This document shows positions 40,540 to 53,359 of a stretch of DNA of 64,000 nt, piece by piece. The notes below the pieces were generated by a model. The model did no database searches. It was not told where the DNA came from and saw nothing but the letters and a program-made list of their open reading frames with translations. A program made the translations under genes and the position numbers. How positions within the stretch are numbered: position 1 is the first letter of the stretch; each line of letters starts with the position of its first letter. The stretch is from Nymphaea colorata (lineage: Eukaryota). The stretch spans positions 17,980,001 through 18,044,000 of the forward strand of contig NC_045138.2 of NCBI RefSeq assembly GCF_008831285.2, read 5' to 3'.

Positions 40540-42652
40540 TAAATAATTAATGAAGTGACACTTAATATGAAAAAAGCAAATAGTCGGTGCGACCCAACAT
40601 ATAAATAAATGAATTTTATGGGATAGTGTGGGCAACTGCCTGCACAACCCGCATGTGGGTTGCCGCTGAGTTTCAGCAAATTATAGTTACGCGTTCACAT
40701 TCTCAGAAGTGAAGAAGAAGCTGAATTTCTTTTAATTTATTCATTTTTTTCTGGATGATTTTATTTTTTAATTTTAATTTATTTTGTTTAGTTCTAACTG
40801 CTACATCCAAAATACATGCATGGGCCCATTAAATTGAGTATTGAAACTTGCAAGTGGAATAGTTGGGAGAATTATTAGTTTTGGTGTGCCCAATAACTCT
40901 ACCCACCGACAACCCCACTATCATACCACCTCCCTCTCTCTCTCTCTCTACATAAAAAGTAGCTGGGGATGCCTATAATGGGTCGGAATTATCTTATTAC
41001 GACCCTAAATTTGGATCTGGTAAAAATTGATCCAAATAATATATGGATTTTGGACATGGTACTTGAAATTTTCAAGTGAATCAATGCAAATTTGAGATCC
41101 AACAAAGATCTAACCTTACTATGCGTGTTGGTAAGCAGCCAGTCTCCATTTCAAGTGTTATGGGTGTCAACCTCATGTGTTGATTGAAAAAAAGAAAAGA
41201 AGGAAAGGGTGGGGGACATGGGGCGAGCAACGTGTAAGTTGAAGCACGTAGGGAATTACACATCGTTTTACTCAAAACAAGCTCTATACCTTAAGAGACA
41301 GTTTGACAACAATAACTTATTGTACTGTCCTACGAATCTGCCTCAAAAAATGATGCATATTCATAAAACACTTGTTATGGTGTTCTACGAATTTACCATA
41401 TTTTTTAGGGTAGATTCATGAAACATAATACAGTGTTACTATAGTCAAACAATTTCTAAGGGGAAAAGAGGTTGGATGGGAGCTTTAGCTCTTTGCTGGG
41501 TGGTGGCCCGCGCATGCTCATCCGAAAATTAACAATATCGGTATATGGAAAAAGTTAAAATTTATATGGTTAAAAATCAGATGTCAGAAGTTTTAAAAGT
41601 TGACAGTCTTAGCTGCCTCAGCTCATAAAATTCAATTTATACATCAATGTAATTTCCTTATATTTTTTTTTCATTTTTGTATTTTCATATAATTCACATG
41701 CATCTATATGCCCAGATTTGGATTCAAATTCAAACTTAAGCAAAAGACAAGGGATTGGGTAGAAGCCTCGGCCCTTTGCATGGGGTAGGTCTACCTTGCT
41801 CTCCCGAAACCAAGAAGTCCGATCAGACACGAAACCATTGGCATCCCACCTGGAAATGGAGAAATGACAGCTAAAATGCACGTAAATGCAGATTGCAACA
41901 GGATTAGATTGAGCTTCACTTCATCTGATGTGGATAAAAAATGGCGAAGCCCAATATGAATATAGATCTAACTTAATGTATTGAAATATTTTAATCGCCC
42001 ATAATAAAAAATACAACGGTAATGAAAATGATGCTCTAACATGGCAACATTGCTTGTGCAGATGGAAAAATGATACACATGTTTGTTCCCAACATCATGC
42101 CAACCAAAAGCAGACCTAAAGGGGGTGGTGTCTTATTTTATTGCTTAAGGATCATCGCCACATGATTTAACTTGTTTTTCAATTGATCTAGAAGTTGGTG
42201 TCTCTTCCCCAAGAGTTTTTAAGTTTGATTACGGACCATAGATCAAGGGTGAAGCCGGGATTTTTTTTTTTTTTTTTTATGGGGTAGTAGATTTTCAGAA
42301 AGACATTTGAAAATGTTTTGGAGAGGACGAATATATGTTCAATTTTTTTATTGGGCCAAATTAAGATTTTTAAAAGTATTAATTAGTAAATTTTTATCTT
42401 ACAAAATTTTGGGCCTCCTATTATGTCCTAGCTAGGGATACTAGGGCACAAAGGGAGCTTTGGGAAAGCTAGAAAAAAAGAAAATGAGAAAAGTGAGAAG
42501 AGTAAAAGATAAAAGAGAAATATGTGAATCCCTTTGAGCAAGAAAGTTTTCTTATTTTTGGCTGGAGTGGATAGAACTCCACACGACTTCCAATCAATAC
42601 ATAGCTTTTCATGTTAGAACTTTTTTATCATTGCCCAAGTAGGTAAGATATG

Positions 42653-42694
<42 letters not shown>

Positions 42695-45532
42695 TCTGGA
42701 CTTAACTTTCTAACAAAGGCTGCTAATATTAGAACCGTCTATTATGTTAGATCAAACAGTGCAAATTAAATTAGATGGTTGAGTGACTCTAAAAACCCAC
42801 AGTCATTATTCTATTTTCCTTTATATATATATTGACGGTTAAGAGAAAAAAAAAATGTGATGAACATTAATACACACTTTCTTTAATATGGACAGGCTGA
42901 TGGCTGAGTAACTCTGAATAGCTAAAATCATCATTCACTCACTAAGGCCGTCATGTATATATATCGTAACTTGTGATTCCTTACGCAGAAAAAAAAAAAG
43001 ATAGAAAAAAGATAAGGACTTCTAGATAGGTAAAATGTTGAAAAATGAAAGGAACAACAAAAAATACTAGGCATATTTCTACATCCCATACAACTTTTCT
43101 AGGAGACGCTCCCTTCCTTTGTTAAATAGAACATAAACAACAAACCAATTTTTACATCATGATTTTGTGAATTGAAAATATCAGACCGTTAATCTTATGT
43201 TTGTTATAAAATCTTATTTACAGGTCGCATTTAAAAACTGTTTTCAGTAGAACCCAAGCTTATATATTGTCTATCCAATTGAATGTCTAAAAACTGGTTA
43301 GAAAATAAATGAACTAGTAAACGGTGAATAGACAAACAAAATTAATTTTATATTTCTCTTCATTGAATGCTTAATAAAAAGCGTCATTAAATTAAAAAAA
43401 AAGTCTAAGAAGCAACTTTGTTTGGACACATACAGGCGAAAATCTCTTTCATGTGTATAGATGAAATAGGTAGGAGACCAATCGCTTGGTTCATCCAGTC
43501 ACGTTTTAGTTTAAAACCAATGATCGTATATTGTCTTTTTCATATGTAAAACTGTAAAAATCAACACAAAAACATATCTTTTGGTCCTAAAAATTAGGTT
43601 CATAATATAAAAAATTTCTAATTAATGATTAATAAATTCTTATGAAATCTTTAAACAAGCCTCGAGATCCAAGTCTACCATAAACACCTTACAAGTGTGT
43701 TTGTTTCACCACAGATCTCAGAACTGCGGTGATATGAGATCTCTAGGGTTCCATGGATTCAAGGTCGGACCCCTCCCCTCCTTGAATCCGGTCTTCAATC
43801 TACTGTTTCTAACATGTAACATGGATTTAAGATCCACGTTACAGAGATCTTCAGTTTGTTTAAACGGAAGATCTTGGGATGCATGCTCTCAGGTTGTATG
43901 CACGAGAATAGTCAAAACTCGATTGGAAATTTGTTGTAACCATGCTATCAAGTTTTCTGTCAAAGAACAATCCAAAGCTTGATACATGGAAAACCCGGAT
44001 TAAATCTATTTGCGTTTGATTCCAGCGCTAGTTGATCCCTATTCGACTCCAGATTCAACTATGCTAGAATCCGATTAGGTTGGTCCCCATCACGAGTGCA
44101 ACCCATAGGTCCCCATATATAGATCAACAAGTGCACCTTCTATGCCCATTCTCTAATAGATAAGTAAGAATATGGCAACAACATACAAAGGGAAATTGCA
44201 AGGAAGCGCCCCCTCTCCAACTTGCCTACTTGATGCTGATTTCAAACTTTAGCATGAGTGGTGCTGCCTTTTCTGAAAGGTCAAATTAATTTCTTGGGCA
44301 TATGTGTTATAGTCACTATTGCAAAAGGGGGGATAACCAACATCTAATAATGCCGATTGGATGACTCATAGTGGAGCACATCCATATTCATATTACAACA
44401 ATTATACATATGCAGTTGTTACATTCAATTGTATCAACCAGTTCTAAGCCATTGAATAAGCATAAAATGAATAACTAAAACGCACGTAAACGGGTCAGCA
44501 AGTTAGTTACTTAAAATGAAAGGTGTAAAACATACTAAAAGAGAATCTGATTTTTTTTTATCTCATCTCCCGTTTTTGTCGCGTTTAATGGTTAATGATC
44601 AGATGAAGGAAGTGACACTATTAGAAGGCAAAGACAGTAAAGATATACATATATATATCTACATTATATGATTATATCAGAAAGAAACAGGGAAGTAAAC
44701 ATTGAACACGATATTAGCAAGTGAAGACTACAACTTCATTTCTTCAACTTTAATCACCATGAAGAAGGCGCACAAAATACTTTTTTTTTTTTTTTCTGAG
44801 AAATGACCAATATTTTCACTATTGTAGCGTAAAATCCGTCGATTCATTCCTTGGCACGTGACAACTGCCAATCAATAGAGAAAAGAAAATCCCGAAACAA
44901 ATATACCCTTCAATACTTTTTACATATTCTCCCTTTTCCCGAGGGGAAGAATATCCGTGGTAGGTTGAGCCCTAAGCTACACAAACTCCAAGACCATGCA
45001 GGTGGGTGGGAATTTAGAGGCCGTGGAATCCAATCAAAAGATTGGAAAAGGAATGAAGCACGCTAAATCTAAGATGAGACCCTTCAAAAGGAAGTTGCAC
45101 TCCTTTGTATCTGATAGGACACCACTTGATTGGAATAAACTTCGATCTACGTTAATGTGTAGGTGTAGGTGAAGGTGAAAATTAGTTTGGTCCTCTGAGT
45201 TGGTATGTGGATCAAGATTTTAACCAGTCAAGGAGCTCAAGTTACAAGGAAATTCCAGGATTTCAGGGTTGTTTTAATGTAAATAAAGTTCGTAGTTGTA
45301 AACAAGGCCGTGACTCGCATGCTTCGAGTTGATGTGTTCGTCTAAAGAAAATTTCAAAGTTCGAAACAAGGCCATGTGTGAGACCTTGAACTTAAAAGGC
45401 TCCAAGGGAGGTCAAAACTTCTAAAAGCCGGATGATTCTTTTGTTATGGGCTTAAATATGTGATGCAGAAGATTATTTGTTCATTCCCAAGATACCATGC
45501 TGATTTTTCCTTACTCTCAGCTTGTTTCGGAC

Positions 45533-45946
45533 TAGCGATGTCAATGGATTGGATTCAGACGGATATTATATCCATTTTTTCGGGTATTCACATATTTGGA
45601 TTCAAATTCGGATAAAAAAAAGTCATATTTGAATCAGAATCAGAATTAGAATCTGATTTTTATATTTATATTCGAATCTGAATCTGAATCCAAATTCTGA
45701 ACTGGATTTTGCCAATTTTTAAAATTTCATAGCATTAGATGCATGATATTTGTTTAAAAATGAATCCATATCTTAATCCCATCGGATATTTACGTATAAC
45801 GGAATCTGAATCTGATCGGATGCCATTTATTAAATCTGAATCCGATCCGATTTATTAACTGGATATTAATTTTTTTTTTTATATCGGATTTTTTTGGATT
45901 GGATCGGAAAGATATCTTATTCAAGTCAAATATATTGACATCCCTA
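45533..45946. mobile_element. hAT-like MITE rich in ATCCGA/TCGGAT subterminal motifs
   Basis: TIRs TAGCGATGTCAAT / ATTGACATCCCTA; degenerate 8-bp TSD TTTCGGAC / TTCGGGAC. Confidence 0.75.
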
Positions 45947-46459
45947 TTCGGGACCTATATAGCAAGCATGACACCCATCAGTTAGAGAGTCTTGCATTCA
46001 CCATTTGCAATTGCATGAGTAGCACTTACAGGAATCGACCGAGCCTGCCCGTCCGACCAACTGTGCTACACCCTCGAGCACAAAAAAAAAAAAGCTTTTA
46101 AGACAAAGGGAAAAAAAAAAGTTTCTTTCTCGAAAAGACGAAAATACAACTTACACGGTCACATGCAATGCGCTCAAGCGGCAAACTACCCAGGTTGACT
46201 GGTATGATAAGTTATAGAAGTCGGCTGATTTCCTTGGCTCATTTTGAAAAGAAAGAAAGATCATCAACGTTCATTGTCTCCAAATCTGTTGCCACTTAAC
46301 ATGTTCTTATTGTGAGGTGAAATCTTATTGGCTTGCTTTATGGCTTCATTCAATTTACATGAAGCTTATTTGGCCTTGGCTGGGTCTAACAAATGTACCT
46401 TCTCGGCTCGATTCATGAATCCTTGGAAGTGAACATGTGACATATCATGCATAACTAAT

Positions 46460-46811
46460 GTTGATGTTTGGTCGATCAATCGGGTATCTGAACGAACCGC
46501 AAAATCGGATACGAAAAAAAAATTTAATATCCGATTAAGAAATCAGATCGGATTTGGGTTTAATAAATGACATCTCATCGGATTCATTTTTAGACAAATA
46601 TCCTATATCTAATGCTAATACATTTTGAAAATTGGCAAAATCCAGTTCATAATTCGGATTCAGATTCAGATATGAATATAAAAATCGGATTCAGATACGA
46701 CTTTTCTTTGTTTGTATTAGAATTAGAATCTGAATCTAAATATGTGAGTATCTAAAAAACGAATATGATTAAGGGTATGTCCAAACTGAATCCGATGCGT
46801 TGACTTCCTTA
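46460..46811. mobile_element. Second, inverted and decayed copy of the 45533 MITE family
   Basis: Reverse-complement similarity to 45533-45946 (e.g. aaaattggcaaaatccagttca vs tgaactggattttgccaatttt); ends TTGACTTCCTTA. Confidence 0.7.
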
Positions 46812-47247
46812 GCACTGGGTCAAGTCCAAAGAGGCATCCCGTATAGTTGGACCTGACCATAATTGAAAATGGACTGAACCATGGCTGTACATTTCCAGTT
46901 AGAAATAGTTTCTGATTAAGAACAAACAACCCCAAGTAATCAATAACTGGGTTTCTTCCTTCTGTAATTTTAAATTGTTGAGTCTAAGCCCTTAGACCGA
47001 AACACTCTCTAGTCTCGACCTGCTTTGAAGTGGAGCGCTGTCGTTGATGTTTAGTAGGGGGAGGGAGTTCGATGCATCGACCCCCTCCCTTGAGACCGTG
47101 CCTTCCACGCCAAGAGATTTTTTTTTTTTTGGTTTTTTTTATGGATCTTTAACCCTTTTTTTATAATTTATGAAAGCTAATATATAGGGTATATATTTTC
47201 ATTTTATCATAGAACCGAATTACTAAATGCTTGTAAAAGCACTTTAA

Positions 47248-47452
47248 GGGTAGTTTGGCATGAGTAACATTGAGTGTTTTATGAATCTATTCAAAATATT
47301 AAAACATATTTATAAATTACTTAAACAAGTAAATTGAGTGTTTTATGAATCTATTCAAAATATTAAAACATATTTATAAATTATTTAAACAAGTAAATAT
47401 TACGACAGATTCATGAAACACTCAAACTGTATTTCTTATACCCAATAGCCCC
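47248..47452. mobile_element. Tourist-like MITE with internal 64-bp tandem duplication
   Basis: GGGTAGTTTGGCATGAG start after TAA, inverted gagtgttttatgaatct / agattcatgaaacactc, TTAA at right end. Direct repeat spans 47269-47396. Confidence 0.55.
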
Positions 47453-48078
47453 TTAAAGGTAGTGTTTGATTGCAGTTCCTATTTTTGGTGGGAATATAGA
47501 TTTAGAAAAGGTTTCCGGCGGGTGGAAAGGGGGAAAATACGTTTTCTTTTGTTTTTTTGAGAATTGTCTGCTTGTGTTTGGTTTGTGAAGATTGAGATCA
47601 AACTCCACGTCATTGGATGAAGCAGTGTTGTTGATATCGCCCCACGTGACACCTGGGACATACTAGTTTGTACACAAACAATGACAAATAAATAAATATG
47701 GAAATGACTAAAATATACTTAATTAGTCAAATATGTACTGAGATTAATCAACTTTCTGAATATTATATTAATTTTCTGATAAACTCGCATTGCAACATGT
47801 TATGTTTATGTTGGGGTCCATGCCATTTACTATTAAATAGGACGGCTGAATCCGTTCTTCAAGCTAGAAACACGTCTTTTGGGCCTCAAATATTTAAGTT
47901 TCCGGTTGCTTACGAAAAGATAAACATTTTAAACTAAAGGGTTTTACGTGTTAAACTAAAAAAAAATCAATTATATAGATCGCATATGCAAAATTCTCAC
48001 TTCAATCAGTTAACTAAATGTTTGAAATGAACACAGCATCCTATTACTAAACCAATTAACAACTAGACATAAAAACGA

Positions 48079-48118
<40 letters not shown>

Positions 48119-48605
48119 ATAAATATATGTGCATGGGAATGGATTATGAAGGAAGTTGTAGTGATGTCCAAAAAGGCTCATTATTTGGACAGCCGTCTCT
48201 TCCCTCTTCTTCGTTCACTCTCTTCTGTGCTGTGGTCCTCTTCTTCTCCCCTCCAATCGCCTTTCTGCTTTTTTCACGCGCCATTGTTTCTCCATCATCA
48301 TCCTTCTCATCATAACTCCTTTTTATGTCCGTCTCTTTCACGCTGCCAAGTTGACCACTCCTCCATTAATTTGTCCTTCAATGAAAATGCGTTGCGCTCA
48401 ATATGGTCTTAAAATAATCAAATCTCGATAATTCATTGCTCTCAATGTTGTCCTAAAAATCATCAAACTCGCTCTCTATCTCTCGTATTTTCTGCAAAAG
48501 ATTTCATTAGATTGAAAATGATGGTATCATGTGATTGATTCGATAAAAGATATTGAATGAGGATCAATATATAGGTCGTCGCTCTCGTCTCATTCAATCA
48601 TACGC

Positions 48606-49070
48606 CCCAAAACTGACACACATACAGGAATAAAGTTGGTATTTGATAGCTTTGGATCTTATATTCATATCCCAAAACTGACACACATACAGGAATAAAG
48701 TTGGTATTTGATAGCTTTGGATCTTATATCCAAGGCTGATCTCAGATCCCTTTTATGTGAGACTCATGGTGTAAACAAATACCTGATTTTAGGATTTGAA
48801 ATCCTCATTTTATGACCAAAATGAATTTGAAGATGGATGAGACGGGGATCTGACTGAAAATCCGTAAATTTGACATTCTCAAAGATCTCAAATCACTTCC
48901 GATCTCAGATCCAATCTATGAAACACCACCTAAATTGTCTCATAGATACAAATAGCTTTAACTAAATTTGTCTCATAGATAGAAATAGCATATAAATCAC
49001 CTCAGATCTCAGATCCAAGCTCTCAAACACCGTCTAAATTGTCTCATAGATACAAATCGCTTTAACTAAA
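48606..49070. mobile_element. Tourist-like MITE with locally duplicated left and right termini
   Basis: Left TIR GTTGGTATTTGATAGCTTTGGATCT occurs twice (65-bp repeat, 48606-48729). Right TIR AGATCCAA..AAACACC occurs twice (~48907-48930 and ~49011-49031). Confidence 0.55.
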
Positions 49071-51605
49071 TCTGACGGACTTAATATGGTTGATCTGCTG
49101 GCAATTCATCCCTACACTGCTAAAAAATCTGACATATGTACAAGTTGGTTTAAAGTATTTCAAAGTCATTGGCAATGAGGATGTCTTTTTTCTTTTTCCT
49201 TTGCGTTTGTTGAACATCTTTTTGCATTAAAAGAATGATCTTATGAGGACGAATATTTTTAATATGCAGATGATGTAGTTCAGATTTGCATGATCAAATT
49301 CAATCCTACTTAACACATTCGAGTCGAATACTTTTTTTATTTTCACATTTCATCACAATGATAATGTCAAATAAAAGATCGTTTGGTTACTTTGTGTGTC
49401 TCAATTAAGTCACCAGCTAGCTATTCGAAATCTACTTAAATTTTCTGAGACATTATTATGTTGAGGATACTGCTTTCATCGAGTACGTTTTCTTAATGAT
49501 TTGCACCCTTTTCATGTTTCAATAGTTTCTTCACATGGTCTGGTTGAAGGATAATCTTCTGGTTTTCTAACGTAAGTGATTTGATTAGAATAACATCAAG
49601 CAACAAGATAAACATAAATCAGGTTGGGGCCGGTGCAAGCCCAAGTTTTATTTAATTATAATTGACATCTTGATGTTGATTTTTTAGTATAAATTATATT
49701 CTCCTAATCATTCGTAAATAATTTTGATCCAAATAATTGCTGTTGTTAATTTACATAATGACACATTTCTTCCTTGTGAAGAGAGAGAGAGAGAGCCCAT
49801 ATAATTTGGACAACCTGATGTAAAATTGCATATCTGTTTATCAGAAAACTGCTGGAACAAACAATAGAATGTATTTTATATGCATGGTAAGAAAAAGTTT
49901 ATTTTAATCATGAAAAAGTATTAAAGTAGACAAACATATTTGGATCCATCGCTGTTGGTGCAGAACAGTCAGGGCTCCAGCCATTTCCCATAACTGCTAC
50001 TTCTCTCAAGTTCTCAACTACAAACCGTAGAAATGAAATGCTCTAGTTAATACCACTTTCTACCTACTTTTAGATGCCACCCTGAACCTCAAGGATGAAA
50101 GCAAGGGGTGGTTTTGAGCTTGCATTGAATTTCCAAGAATTTGCATACTCACTCGTGTCGATATCCACGAGAAAAAAGTTCCAATGAAACTACTGTCGAC
50201 GGGACATTCGAGGGGATTTTCTTTTATCATTTTTCTCAATCCAAAACAAGAGGTGGCTAATCTAAGGATGCATTTTACGAAATAAAGAAGGAAGCCAAGA
50301 TATATCGATGTGCAGAAGCAAAAAAAAAAAAAAAAAGGTTTGAAGAATCGATGCGGATTATGTATCCCACGAACTGGGGGTCAGAGGAAGTTTGGATCCA
50401 TGCAATAATCAGCTTCTTTTTCTTACTTGTACTTCTTCATCTTCACCAATCTGCCTAGATTGAAGGGATCCAGCTTTCATATGCGGGAAAGTTTCAGACA
50501 AATCATCGAGTGGGAAAATACTTCTCGAAGGGGAGGCAAGAAAAATGTTTTCCTTACGGAAAAAGGGAAAAGCGTTTGAGAAAAGATCACGTATTTTTGT
50601 GTTAGGAAATTGCTTTCCCGTGAGAGAACTAGTTGTGAACTTGTTTCCCATGGGAAAGCCTATTCACTAAGAAAATGAAGAAACTGTGCCTCTGTAGTTC
50701 TTTTGCGCTTTTGGGGTTATGAAAATGCAAGAGAAGGCTAGAGGTTTAACGTGGCAATATAAGCAGAAGACAAGAGGTTTAACATGGTTGGTGGAATCTT
50801 CATCTAAATCCCATGAAAGACAGACACATCTACCAAAGGGCCCATTTGACAACAATAACAGTATGTTACTGTTGCAGATTATGTTGCTGTTGCAGATTCA
50901 TAAGACAATTTTCAAATAACATCTCATCTCATCTTTTCGGCTTTCGTATATATACTAGTAGAGATCTGCCGAACTCTTGCCGAAAACGGTACAGTCCAAA
51001 ACAGCTACGGCCGGCAAAGTAGTTTGCCGAAAGCATTACCAGAAACTGACGAATTGGCTTATATCCCAGACAAGTTTATGTGAAGGAGAGTCCCGACCCA
51101 GCAAATTATGCGCTTAGAGGCATGTTCTTAACTTTTACTATGTCAACAGCAGTAACTATCAAAATATGTATGAACAAACCATTGCCAGAAACATGAGAAA
51201 TTGGAATATGAACGGAAACTTAGATTAGGGATAAGACCAGACGCATTCAAATTTCACATATAGACACGTTTTTAACATCTTCTCATTATGCAATTATGTT
51301 TGTGCCTAGTTATTTACTACATATCAGGCTTCTGTTTCAAGGTGAGTTCATAAATGTCTTCATTTTAAGCTGTAAATTTTTGGTGTCATAAAAGCCTCTG
51401 ATTTTTGTATCTAAGCCTGAAAAGTGGCTGCTGTTACAAGTATTTCCCAATCCGCATAGTTAGATTACAGTAAAAGAAAAATCATTGGCATGTCTTTTGA
51501 GGTGTTCTGCTTCATCCTTACCTCATTTGTCTGGGATATCCCAAGAACAAATAGATGATAGTTTCATTCAACCCCGATTTTGTCCACTCTCTAAATAATG
51601 TGGAA

Positions 51606-51776
51606 GGGGCCTTTTCACATGAGAAACATTGTGTGAGCGTTTTATGAATCTACCATAAATATTGAGGTAGATCCAAGACCACTTAAAAAGGTGTTCCATG
51701 AACCTGCCCCAATATTTGAATGGCCTGATGGAACAAGTGCAAGAACAAGTGCAATGTTCCTCATGCCAAATGGCCG
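51606..51776. mobile_element. Tourist-like MITE, same family as 26379/47248
   Basis: Shared catgagaaacattgtgtgag..ttttatgaatct core and CTCATGCCAAATGGCC end before TTAA. Confidence 0.5.
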
Positions 51777-52807
51777 TTAAGAGAGCTGTCGGACCTCTTA
51801 GACTTCTTAGGCAACACCAATGGACAAATTAAACAAGTTAGAATTTACAAACAAGCTGAACAAGGAGCTCCTTCTTGCTTACCAAGAATATGGTCGTTAA
51901 CTATATCCCAAGGGGGGAAGAGAGAAGCAAAAGTTACTGTAATGAAGTACAACTGACAAATATTTATCCAATTATGATCCCTTCCCTTGAAAAATTCATT
52001 GTTTCATTTCATTAGGATCTACATGCACAGTACACGAAAAATTATCTAACACAGAAAGCCATAGTCCTTGTTATGTTTGTCCGAAGTTTTAGTCACACTG
52101 AAAATAATTGTATATATATATATAAAATCTATGTAAGTTGTATTTTAAAAAATTTATTTCCGTTTACATAGATTGATAAGGGCAAAAAAATATGTTTTAA
52201 AACTGTGTAGTTTAGTTATATGATGCCACGTTCATTGCTTCAATTATATTATGCATCCCTAGTGCAAAAGCCATAAACCATGAATTTTTTTGAAAGATTT
52301 ACGTTGGTCAACGTACATCCTTCTGCTGCCTTGTTCATGGTTCATATTTTTTTCCCACAAGGAGCAAGTAATCCCTTTGAGCACCATAGCTTTTGAAGCT
52401 TGTAATTTTTACTTGAACATGCTTTAACAGTTCCGGTTGTCTGGCTTAACGTGTTAAGCCCTTGTTTGGATGATTAGAACTCAGTTCAGCAAAAATTGAT
52501 TTTTTAGGACATATCCCAAGTTCGTGGTGGCCAAAAAATTCAACAAACTAATGAAATCTTAAACCTACTGGCAATGGTTAGATGCTGCTAGAAAACATTC
52601 TGGCTCTTTTATGTAGGCAGGGTGGTGGACGAGTGAAGGTGGAGGGGGGTTTTGAAATTTGAAGGGTTTCATCTTAGAGGGAGAGGTCGATATTGAACAT
52701 GCACCTATTTACATGATAGTCTTCGTCTGTCTAGCAGACCGGCCAAGAAATCTATCATCGTCTAGCTGTTTTAGCATGTTATTGCTCATAATGCTGATGC
52801 TTTGCAG

Positions 52808-52853
52808 GTGCGAGGAACATGGAACTGCATATATTCAGAGAAAATGTCCATGA
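52808..52853 (+). pseudogene. ARP4: Orphan duplicate of ARP4 terminal coding exon (with part of last intron and 3' UTR)
   Basis: ttgcag|G TGC GAG GAA CAT GGA ACT GCA TAT ATT CAG AGA AAA TGT CCA TGA matches 25771-25816 with one change (Y>C). No upstream ARP4 exons are present. Confidence 0.85.
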
Positions 52854-53223
52854 GAAACATCTTTGTATATTCAGTTAAACCAAGCACTTTCATCCTTGTT
52901 TATGGGAGCGAGGACGCAAATGATCGTGTACCATTATGAAGCTAGGGCATTATTGCAGCACTTCAATGGAGATGTTGTAAACAAAAATTCAGTTGCAAAA
53001 ACAGGCTGCACTGTTTGTTTCACATGGTTGGAAACTTCAATTCACAGAATTGCTTTCGCCATACTTACACATTCTATCTGGCAGTATGAGGTTGTTTGAC
53101 AATGGAAACAGTAACAAAATGTTCCATCTGTCATTCCTAAAGATTGAGAAAAATTTACGGAACGCTTTTTTGGGACAGCTTTATTGATCATTTTGTTACA
53201 ATGTTCATTGAATCTGTCCTTTA

Positions 53224-53359
53224 GGGGTTGTTTGGCATTAGAAACAAGGTGTGGGTGTCTCATCAATCGTCCCCAACTTGAACAAGTGCCCCATAAATAT
53301 ACCCCAAATTTGAGGTAGATTCATGAAACGCTCACACCTTATCAATGCCAAATGCCGCC
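53224..53359. mobile_element. Tourist/PIF-like MITE (copy B of duplication)
   Basis: TIRs GGGGTTGTTTGGCATT / AATGCCAAATGCCGCC; TTA TSD on both sides. Confidence 0.65.

Larger units (their letters stand above)
25209..40647. repeat. Tandem segmental duplication, copy A (alignable part)
   Basis: Aligns to 52248-64000 in blocks: ~25209-34780, ~39018-39101 and ~39451-40647. Confidence 0.92.

Noticed and set aside
47056..47090. GAGTTCGATGC B-box-like motif and hairpin before a poly-T run (tRNA/SINE-like)
   Set aside because: No cloverleaf or A-box. It is a short palindrome (TCGATGCATCGA with G/C arms), more like a MITE internal remnant.
48127..48412. Overlapping short ORFs in a CT-rich block
   Set aside because: Low-complexity composition, no splice-consistent gene model or known motif.
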